A stretch of 64,000 bases of DNA from positions 56,643-120,642 of the forward strand of contig BJHQ01000009.1 of NCBI GenBank assembly GCA_014193115.1, given 5' to 3'. The stretch comes from Planctomycetota bacterium (lineage in GTDB: Bacteria > Planctomycetota > UBA11346). Of this stretch, positions 1-8,200 are shown one piece after another (position 1 is the stretch's first letter; the number at the start of each line of letters is the position of its first letter). The notes under the pieces were generated by a model. That model had not been told where the DNA came from and did no database searches. It saw only the letters and a list, made by a program, of their open reading frames with translations. A program made the position numbers and the translations under genes.

Positions 1-354
1 GACGAGATGGAATAAACACATATTTATATCATACAAATAATCAGAGTCGGGGATTCGATTTACAATTAGCGATATTTCAGATTCTAGGTGCATAACACCG
101 AATCCAGAACTCTGCTTTAGCGGGCTATACCACTCTGGCCTATTGCGGGCCTCTGTCTGGAAATTGCTAATGATTGAATGAATAGCTCTTTTCCGAGCCT
201 CGCTTTTAGAGATGACAATTAATTGACGCGGTCCTTTGTAAATTGTCGGAAGCAATTTTCCTTGAAGAAGACTGGTAACAAGGGACGCGGCCCTAGCGAG
301 CGTCTCGACGGTTGCGTTGTGGGTGGATTGAGGTATTAGCATAGCAAGGCTCAT
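1..354 (-). CDS. Hypothetical AT-rich protein, 3' end runs off the window (MSLAMLIPQSTHNATVETLARAAS...)
   Basis: Manual translation: ATG at 354-352, open for 118 codons to base 1; AT-rich like the other cassette ORFs; not in the supplied ORF track. Confidence 0.5.
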   Translation of the reverse strand, partial: MSLAMLIPQSTHNATVETLARAASLVTSLLQGKLLPTIYKGPRQLIVISKSEARKRAIHSIISNFQTEARNRPEWYSPLKQSSGFGVMHLESEISLIVNRIPDSDYLYDINMCLFHLV

Positions 355-566
355 TTAGGGGAATGTTTATGAAGGGCAATTCTTTATTACGGTTAGTGCG
401 ATGGATCTGTAATGACGTATTTTTGCACCATTTGAAATTTTTTATCCCAATCAAAGGAAATCCTTCATGCAAACTTTCACGCGCTAAAAGCTCTATAACC
501 AGCCAAAGGACAATGAGTACATGATATTTGAATTATCTCGCGCACCACCGCACACGGCCACCGCCT

Positions 567-788
567 TCACCCGAGCAGAACGAACGTCTTTTGGCCGACC
601 TCGGCCGAAATATCCCCATCGGCAATCAACTCTTGCACTTCGGCACGGGCCTCGTCGATGGTCAGCTTGCCCTTGGCAACGCGATGGCGAATGAGTGCGA
701 TCAGTCCTTCAGCTCGCCCCTCGGATCGGCCCTCGGCGCGTCCCTCGGCGCGGCCTTCGTCCTTCACTTCATCGAAGACGGTGTACAT
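567..788 (-). CDS. Stand-alone Rpn C-terminal small protein (Rpn-S-like), 73 aa, MYTVFDEVKDEGRAEG...
   Basis: CAGGAG-cctgcc-ATG (SD plus 6-nt spacer) at 788; intact frame to TGA at 567. Confidence 0.6.
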   Translation of the reverse strand: MYTVFDEVKDEGRAEGRAEGRSEGRAEGLIALIRHRVAKGKLTIDEARAEVQELIADGDISAEVGQKTFVLLG

Positions 789-909
789 GGCAGGCTCCTG
801 GCGCAGGCGGCGGTGGAAAGCGGCTTCCTGCTCGGGTGGTAGCTTGGCTAATAATTGTGCAAAGGAAAGGAACCGGCTCAGATCGTCCACCGGACCTGGT
901 GCGCGGTGC
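567..909 (-). repeat. Second copy of the 3' third of the Rpn-family gene (direct repeat of 2813-3167)
   Basis: Near-identical DNA to 2813-3167; differences are mostly synonymous, plus one fewer 12-bp GRAE unit. Confidence 0.95.
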
Positions 910-1008
910 GTTGGCACGGTGATTCACGGAAAAATCACGAATCGCCAGGCACTGCGGCGCCATTGCCGGATCGGAACTCCTGGAAAAATGCACGTCAGGT
1001 TCGACCGA

Positions 1009-2520
1009 TCACCGTCCTTCATCCCACAGATCAGCGGCTCCGCCCTCCGCGTCCACCGCATGGGCGAGCAGGCGCAGGAAGACTCCGCCGGCGCCATACG
1101 GTGCGGGGTTGCAGAGCGTGCCGAAGTCGTGGCTCATACAAACGACTGCGGGTTCGTTGTCGGCGCGCAGGCGTTGCGGGTGGAGCAGCCAGATGTCGCT
1201 TTCGCCGTGGATCGGGACCTGGGGCACGGTCATGAACAGTTCGTCGGGATCCCACTCGTCGGGCGAGAACCACACGTCAGATTCCAGCCGGAAACGTGGC
1301 TTTTTATAGACGTGCCAGCCGAGGTCGGTGTTGGTCGCGTTCGGGTCCGCAGTCCCGGAGTGCAGCGTGATGCCGTTGTGGCGGCGGATCACTGCGACGC
1401 AGCTTGGCGGCAGGCCCGCGATGGCGCCGGTGTAGGGCGGTGGGCAACGCAGGAAGCGGCTTATGGTGGGCGCATCCGGTTCGCCAGCGTCCGCCATGGC
1501 AAAAGATTCCCCTGGGAAGTCCACGACCAGATCCTTGCCGTCTTTGCGGAAGCCAGTCACGACGGCAGCGATGCGGTCGAGCACGTCGCGGCAGGCGTCG
1601 GTTTCAGCAAGCACGGCGAAATGCTCACGGAACACCGATGCCGTGCCGCCCGAAGCGCGTGAACGAACGATCAAATCGCTCCAGGACGACGCTGGCAACG
1701 CGGGAACATCTAGCGCGGTGATGGCGATGGGCTTCGGATGTTTGGGTGGTTTGTCGTATTTTTTCAAGACCTCAGGGGTGGGCTGGCATTCAGGCGGAAT
1801 CGGCGGGGCCGGCTGGTCGAACGGCAGATGCACCGCCAAGCAATAGCCCTCGGGGTACGGACCGCGCCAGGTCAGGGGATAGAAGCCGTAGCGCAGGACG
1901 TTGAACATGGCGTGGAACATGCCAGGTTTTTCGAGGAGGAGTTCTTTGATATAGCCTTTTATTGTATATTCTAATTGATTCATGGTTTGCTGAGTTCGCA
2001 AATCCATCAATCGGGTATCAGGATAATATATCTTGACTAACTCATCAGTAGATAAAATACGGCCACTGTGAAATCTACGTCTATGTCGTTCTTCGCATTT
2101 CGCCAACTCATTCATGGATTTACCATACTGAACACGAAATTTCATTTCCGTCAATTTGTCTTGTATTATATTAAACAGCAGTCTCGAAGAATCAAGTCTT
2201 CGCAGGTGTCGCAATTGAGGGTATCTGTCCGCATCTCTATAACACCATATCCCAGCTGACCGTATGTCAGGAAAATCACCAATATTTTCGACTTCTTTTT
2301 TCATCCTAATATATGCTGCTTCGCTTGCGTTGCTAAGTATTTCCCGGTCACTGGAAGTCAATAAAACAGCAACTCCGAGTCTATTTTCACTGTCGTTATA
2401 TTCCAGGGGAATAACAGGACCCTCTATCAATGCGATTATCTCTTTGATCTCTTCGGTATATTTGATGACGATTAATTTCTCATCCTCATACGGGAATACC
2501 AATGGTTTAGTGGTTGACAT
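1009..2520 (-). CDS. Putative polymorphic-toxin immunity protein, two-part (AT-rich N-half; SUKH/SMI1-like C-half)
   Basis: 503-aa ORF; AAAGGA SD; TAATG overlap with upstream ORF; motifs GFYPLTWRGPYPEG and WLLHP...NEPAVVCMSHD resemble immunity families by eye. Confidence 0.55.
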   Translation of the reverse strand: MSTTKPLVFPYEDEKLIVIKYTEEIKEIIALIEGPVIPLEYNDSENRLGVAVLLTSSDREILSNASEAAYIRMKKEVENIGDFPDIRSAGIWCYRDADRYPQLRHLRRLDSSRLLFNIIQDKLTEMKFRVQYGKSMNELAKCEERHRRRFHSGRILSTDELVKIYYPDTRLMDLRTQQTMNQLEYTIKGYIKELLLEKPGMFHAMFNVLRYGFYPLTWRGPYPEGYCLAVHLPFDQPAPPIPPECQPTPEVLKKYDKPPKHPKPIAITALDVPALPASSWSDLIVRSRASGGTASVFREHFAVLAETDACRDVLDRIAAVVTGFRKDGKDLVVDFPGESFAMADAGEPDAPTISRFLRCPPPYTGAIAGLPPSCVAVIRRHNGITLHSGTADPNATNTDLGWHVYKKPRFRLESDVWFSPDEWDPDELFMTVPQVPIHGESDIWLLHPQRLRADNEPAVVCMSHDFGTLCNPAPYGAGGVFLRLLAHAVDAEGGAADLWDEGR

Positions 2521-2816
2521 TAGAGATGTCCTTTCGTCTGGAATAATTTTTTCCAGGCGTCCTCGATTTGTGTTGTGGAGATGGCGCTTGGGGCAGAGCT
2601 TGCAACAAGCCGCTTACCGGTCTGCAGCTCTTCTCTGCAAAGAACTTGAAAATCTACCATATCTTGTCTAGCGTCATTTATGATCGATTCATATTTCTTA
2701 GCGTAATCAGGATCTGCAACGTTTAAATCCTTGATTTTCTTTAGCATTTTATCGGATTTCTTTTGCATCACCGCCAAGACCATTGCACTATACCCAAGGC
2801 ACTCCTCCGCTCTCAC
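2520..2816 (-). CDS. Hypothetical 98-aa AT-rich protein, possible orphan toxin C-terminal tip
   Basis: GTGA overlap with the Rpn stop and TAATG coupling to the downstream immunity-like gene; abrupt switch to AT-rich composition. Confidence 0.45.
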   Translation of the reverse strand: MRAEECLGYSAMVLAVMQKKSDKMLKKIKDLNVADPDYAKKYESIINDARQDMVDFQVLCREELQTGKRLVASSAPSAISTTQIEDAWKKLFQTKGHL

Positions 2817-3721
2817 CCGAGCAGAACGAACGCCTTTTGGCCGACCTCGGCCGAAATATCCCCATCGGCAATCAACTCTTGCACTTCGGCGCGGGCCTCG
2901 TCGATGGTCAGCTTGCCCTTGGCAACGCGATGGCGAATGAGCGCGATCAGTCCTTCAGCGCGGCCTTCGGCGCGGCCTTTGGCCTCGCCCTCGGCACGCC
3001 CCTCGGCGCGGCCTTCGTCCTTCACTTCATCGAAGACGGTGTACATGGCAGGCTCCTGGCGCAGGCGGCGGTGGAAAGCGGCTTCCTGCTCGGGTGGTAG
3101 CTTGGCTAATAATTGCGCAAAGGAAAGGAACCGGCTCAGGTCGTCCACCGGGCCGGGTGCGCGGTGCATGGCGAGCAACACCTGCACGAGGTCGTCCACC
3201 GCGTTCATCGTGGCCAGCAGGCTCAAGAGCTGCGCCACCCGGTTCTGCATCGCCCGCAGGCGCGGAAGCTGTTCGGCGGTGACCCGATAGATGCGCACCT
3301 TGAAGGTCAGGATGCGCTCGTCCAGGAGGTCTACGGTCAACGTGTCCTCGATCTCTTTCGCGCTCGCGTCGGTGACCAGGACGATGGGAAAGACCTCGGC
3401 CTTTGGCTTGCGATTGCGGCAGCGCAGAGCGGCGAAATAGAGATGTACCCGGTCGAGATCGACCCGGCGCCCCTCGGACCAGTGCTCGATCAGGACGATG
3501 ATCGCGGTCCGGCCGTCGTTCCATGCGCATTCCAGGGCCACGTCGAGGAACCGGCTCGGCTCCGACAGGTCGGGCACCGGCAATTCCTGGGAAATGACCG
3601 TGATCTTCGCCGGGCGGCCGTATTTGGCGAGCAGTTCGGGAACGAAAACCTCCAGGGTTTCCTGGGGATATTCGGTGAACAGCTCTTTGAAGCCGCGGTC
3701 TTGGGTCGGACGGTCAGGCAT
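2813..3721 (-). CDS. Rpn/YhgA-like recombination-promoting nuclease / putative transposase (PD-(D/E)xK)
   Basis: DRGFKELF N-terminus, RFLDV...IEHWS catalytic-like motif, and (EGRA)n repeat before a short C-terminal domain. Confidence 0.85.
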   Translation of the reverse strand: MPDRPTQDRGFKELFTEYPQETLEVFVPELLAKYGRPAKITVISQELPVPDLSEPSRFLDVALECAWNDGRTAIIVLIEHWSEGRRVDLDRVHLYFAALRCRNRKPKAEVFPIVLVTDASAKEIEDTLTVDLLDERILTFKVRIYRVTAEQLPRLRAMQNRVAQLLSLLATMNAVDDLVQVLLAMHRAPGPVDDLSRFLSFAQLLAKLPPEQEAAFHRRLRQEPAMYTVFDEVKDEGRAEGRAEGEAKGRAEGRAEGLIALIRHRVAKGKLTIDEARAEVQELIADGDISAEVGQKAFVLLG

Positions 3722-3767
3722 GGCCGCACGCTGCCGCTGCCGTCCTGGGCGGGAAGCCTCGCACCCA

Positions 3768-3785
3768 CCGGTGAGATTTCACCGG
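3768..3785. promoter_or_regulatory. Inverted repeat CCGGTGA-gatt-TCACCGG upstream of the Rpn gene, possible operator
   Basis: Perfect 7-bp arms about 45 bp upstream of the start codon. Confidence 0.3.
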
Positions 3786-3972
3786 GCAAAACCGAATAGG
3801 CTGCCCAGCCAGTCGGTTGGTTCGACCTCGGGAAGGCGCGGGAACGATGGAACTTTACGCCGCACATTCCGCCTGCGCCGGAGTTACCACGAACAGCCGG
3901 CAATCATTCCGCACCGTCTCAACCCTGCGCGTCGCTTCTGGCCGGCGCGGTCAGAATCCAACAGGTGCCGGC

Positions 3973-5046
3973 TCAGCGTTGATAGGCCGGCAGCAGATGA
4001 CGTTCCACCGCCAGGGCGAGCACGCCCATGCTGGTGCAATAGACCCGGCCATAGCCGCCTTCATTGCCGCCGGGAGGCGACGGCCAGAAGCCTTCCTTTT
4101 CCTGGTGGCGGGTCAGCTCGGATTCGAACCGCGGGCGATAGGCGGTCCAGGCGTCGGGGCGGGCGCGGCTCAGTCCGACCGCGTCGTAATAGGCGCGATA
4201 GAAGAACCATTTTCCTGAGAACGCGATGGGGTCCTGGGCGATGCGTTCGGCGATGCGGTCGACCAGCGGGTTGGCCTCGTTGCCGGCGATGGAAAAACAC
4301 AGCATGCCCAGCCCGCGCAGGGCGGCGTTATCTTGTCCACGGGATTCATAGCCGACCCTGCCGTCGTCGCTGGTCAGGCCCCGGGCGTACGCGCAGGCGT
4401 CGGTGATCACCTGTTCGGGAACGGTGATGCCGATGCGGTGAGCGGCGTGGAGCGACAGCAACTGCCAGCCGGACAGACTCAGATCGCTGCTCGCCTCGGT
4501 GGGCAGATAGCGCCAGCCGCCGGCATGGCCCGGAGCCTTCTTCACCCGCGCCGCGTTGACCGTGACCGCCACCGCCCGTTCCACCGAGGCCCGCATCCGT
4601 TCCTCGCGGGTCGGGTCGCCGTCCATGCCCAGGGCCTCGGCCAGCATCAAAGTCGTGATCCCGTGGCCGTACATCCGGCTGCCGTCCTTTTCACCGAAAT
4701 AGCCGCTCGGCAACTGATCAGCGATCACCGCATCGATGGCGCGGCGCAACCAGGCCGAATGCTCGCCGTCGCGGGGCACGATCCCCGCCGCGAGATGGGC
4801 CATCACCGCCAGGCTGGTGAGGGCGGTCGGCCATTGCTCGCCGAGCTTGCCGTCGGGCCGGGTCTGGGAGCGCAGCCAGACCAGGCCGAGCTCGATGGCC
4901 TGGTCGGCCGGGCGACGGACCAGCAGCCGATCGAGGACCTCCTGATCGCTGGTGTCTTCGGCCGCGGCGGCACACAGCTTGCCGGACGGCACGAACGCCA
5001 GGGCAAGCGCGACGGCGATGGCAACGGCTGGGTGGTTCAGAGACAT
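3973..5046 (-). CDS. Prenyltransferase/squalene oxidase repeat (terpene cyclase-like alpha/alpha barrel) protein with signal peptide
   Basis: QW-like repeats, MYGHGITTLMLAE, GGWRY, SDLSLSGWQLLSL, GYGRVYCTSM; start placed at MSLNHPAV before a hydrophobic signal. Confidence 0.85.
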   Translation of the reverse strand: MSLNHPAVAIAVALALAFVPSGKLCAAAAEDTSDQEVLDRLLVRRPADQAIELGLVWLRSQTRPDGKLGEQWPTALTSLAVMAHLAAGIVPRDGEHSAWLRRAIDAVIADQLPSGYFGEKDGSRMYGHGITTLMLAEALGMDGDPTREERMRASVERAVAVTVNAARVKKAPGHAGGWRYLPTEASSDLSLSGWQLLSLHAAHRIGITVPEQVITDACAYARGLTSDDGRVGYESRGQDNAALRGLGMLCFSIAGNEANPLVDRIAERIAQDPIAFSGKWFFYRAYYDAVGLSRARPDAWTAYRPRFESELTRHQEKEGFWPSPPGGNEGGYGRVYCTSMGVLALAVERHLLPAYQR

Positions 5047-5266
5047 GCGTTCATCCTCTCGATGACGCCTGAGCGGCGAAGCTTGCATCGCCGGAATAGC
5101 TTGGAGATCTTCTCCTATTCCAGGTGGCCACGGAAAGACCAGGCAGCCAACGGAACCAGCATCGCGCCGGCGATGGGGGCATCGCCGCTCCGGAATGCGC
5201 ACAACTTTTTTCCGTGTGCGTTCTTGGCGTCGTGGCGCCTGGGCGGTTCATCGGCTTATGCACGGT

Positions 5267-8200
5267 TCATTCCTCTGCTGCCAGGCGTTCGAGGTAGGCC
5301 CGGATCGCGATCCGGTGCTCGGCGGTGAAGGCATCGGAGCCGCCGTGGCGCACGCCGCGACGGACGCGATCGCTCAGCCGCGACCAGGCCGCCTGGTCGG
5401 CTCCGGGTGGTGCCTGATCGAAACCGACCAGGTTTCCAGCGCGATCAGCGCGGGTGTTGCCGCCGCCGGCGCCGCCACCGGAAGCACTGGCCCCGGCGCT
5501 GGCAGCACCGCCAGAAGCGCTGGCTCCGGCGCTGGCCGCGCCACTGGCGGCAGCGTCAGCAGCCTGGGCCTCGCCCGCTGGAGCAGCATTGGTTGCACCT
5601 GCTGGAGCCGTGCTGGCTGCACCCGCGGGACCGCCGGTTCCACCAGCTGCGACCCGTCCGGCAGGAGTGCCGCCGGGGCCGCTCAGGACATCCGCCAGGT
5701 CGACCGTGATCGCTGCGGCATCGAGCAAGCGCGCAGCCTGCTCCCAGGCCGCCGGGTTGTCGCCTTCGCTGGCCAGGAGGCCGAGCGCTTGCTGGGCCGC
5801 GATCGCCAGGGCGGATTCCGGCTGGGCCGCAGGAGGTGCTCCGCCGGCATCGCCAGGCAGGCGTTGGCTGCCGGGTGCCTGGTTGGCCGGAGATCCCGGT
5901 CCCGGTGGTGATCCGGCCGCACCTTGGGCAGGCTGGCCTTGGCTGGCAGGCGACTGGCTCGTCGCGCTGGACTGGCCTTGGCTCGGCTGGCCTTGGCCCG
6001 ACGGCTGGCTTGATGAGGGACTCGCGGCGGATTGGCCCTGGCCGACGGCGGGGCTTTGGCTGGCTGGCTGGCCGTTGCTGGCAGCAGCGCTCTGGCTGGA
6101 TGCCGGGCTCTGGCCGGATGCCGGGCTCTGGCTGGATGCAGGGCTCTGGCTGGATGCCGGGCTCGCGGGTTGAGCCTGGGCTGTTGACGGAGCTGCCGGC
6201 GCCTGGTTGGCCGGCGCTCCCGGTCCCTGCGGCGCACTGGCGGCGCTTTGGGCAGGCTGACCTGGACTGGTAGCCGCCTCGGTACTTGCGTTGGACTGGC
6301 CTGGGCTTGAAGGCTGGCTCGAAGACTGGCTCGCGCTGGACTGGCTGGCGGCTGGGCTCTGGCCCGGGGTCGCGCTTTGGCTGGATGCCGGGCTCTGGCC
6401 CGGGGTCGCGCTTTGGCTGGATGCCGGGCTTTGACCGGGTGCCTGGCTCGCGGCTTGAGTCTGGGCTGTTGGCGGACCTGCCGGCGTCTGGGGCGGATGC
6501 TGCCCTGACGCCGCATCGCGATCCGGGGTGCCGGGTTGGCCTGGGGTTGACGCCGTCTGGCCCGGAGCCGCGCTGCGCGGGCTTGCTGATTCGCCCGGCG
6601 ATGCAGCCGCGGAGCGGGGCAGCTGCGCTGCCTGACTCGGAGTCTGGCCAGATGGCTGCTGGGCCTGGGCTGCCCCAGGGCTGCTGATCGGCGGCGTAGC
6701 GGATGGGACGCCGACCGGGCCGCGCTGTGACGGACTTCCTTCTCTCTGTTGAGATCCTGGTGTTTTGGGATCCTGACCAGCGGCAGGAGCGGTGGACTGA
6801 GCACGACGGAGCGCCGGGTCGCTTGACCCGCGGCCGCTGCGTTGGTCCTCCGCAGGCCGGTCATTGGCGGCAACGATGGCTTCCGGGCGTTGGCCGGCTG
6901 GCGGTTCACCTGGTGCGCCGTGGGTTCCAGGTCCACCCGGACCGCCCGGTGCCGGAGCCGCAACGTCGTCACGCAGCGCGGCGAGCAGTTCGTCGCGCCG
7001 TCCGGCCTGCTCATGGGTGATCTCGGCGAGGATCCCGGCGGCTTCGTCCTGATGTCCGCGGTCATGGGCAGCGAGGTCTTCGGCCAGCGCGGCGAGCTGG
7101 GCCAATCCTGGCTCATCGCTGCGCAGGCCAGGCTTGGCCAGATCGCTGCGCAAGGCGGCGATGGCTTCGTCACCGGCCTTGGCTGCCGCCGCTGCGGCCT
7201 GGATCGCCGCCTGCTTGGCGGCTTCCGCCTGCTTGATGGCTGCCGCCTGGGCAGCGGCGCGGGCCGCTAGCGCGTTGGTTCCGGGGCCGTCTGTACCGGC
7301 AGGCTTCAAGTCCGACTTGGCCGCCTGCTGGGCCGCCTCCGCTGCGCGTTCGGCGCGCTCCTTGGCTTCGATCGCGTCGAGGGCCTTGGCCACGGCGAGC
7401 TGGGCCGCCGGCGGCCCCGGTTCGCTGCGCACCGGACGGTCGGTCAGCGCGGCATGGACCAACGCCGCCTCGGCCTGGGCGGCAGCGAGCTGTGCCCGCA
7501 GCTGATCGCGCCGGGCGGCGGCGGCGGCGGCGCGCTCGGCCGCGGCGCCAAGCTCCCCGGCAGCGGCGGCCAGTTGCCGGCCGCGTTCCCCGGCCGCCTG
7601 GGCCGGAGCGGGTGGACCTGCGTCAGCGGCAGCCCGCCAAGCGGCCGCAACCGGAGCGACCACCTGTTCGGCGAGCTGGGCCGCAAGCTGCGCGGCTTCG
7701 GCCTGTTCAGCTCCACGGGCGGCCGCCTGGGCCCCCTGGGCGATGCTCGGCTGGGCAGCGGTCTGCTCCAAGGCGGCTAGGCCGTCAGCGATCGGCAGCG
7801 GCGGCGGAACAGCCGGCGGAGCCAATCCGCGCTGTTTGGCCAGACCAGCCAGGCGCCGCTCGTCCGCGGCAGCGACGGTGCGGGTGTCGGCAGCGCGTTC
7901 CGCCAAGTCCGCCAGTGCCGCGATCCGCGGACCGGCATCGCGTTCGCCGGGTTTGGTGGCGGCGACCGCCTCGGCCCGGGCCTGGTCGGCATCGGCCTGG
8001 GCCAGGACGGCGCGTTGATGGCTGAGCAGGGCCTGATGGAAGGACCGTTCGCTGTCGAGCGCCGCCGTCCGCGAGACGTCCTCCGGCACGGTTCCTGCCG
8101 GTTTGGGCGGCACCGCGCCACGACGCTGAGCGGCGGCGATCGCGGCCTCTGCGACCTGGCGTTGGTCTTCTGCTGCGGCCTGCAACGCCGCCGCCTTGGT

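Noticed and set aside
567-3167. Diversity-generating retroelement TR/VR pair (also considered for 36877/39892 and 50948/61929)
   Set aside because: Mismatches are mostly synonymous third-position changes rather than adenine-specific, and there is no reverse transcriptase in the window.
2813-3721. Rpn as an insertion sequence or composite transposon bounded by the 567-909 repeat
   Set aside because: No terminal inverted repeats or target-site duplication were found, and the repeat is coding sequence ending exactly at the stop codon.
3973-5046. Terpene biosynthetic gene cluster
   Set aside because: Single-domain secreted QW-repeat protein lacking the DXDD cyclase motif, with no isoprenoid genes nearby.
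5218-5250. Short imperfect tggcg-type repeat downstream of the giant gene
   Set aside because: Too short and degenerate to support a call from this window alone.
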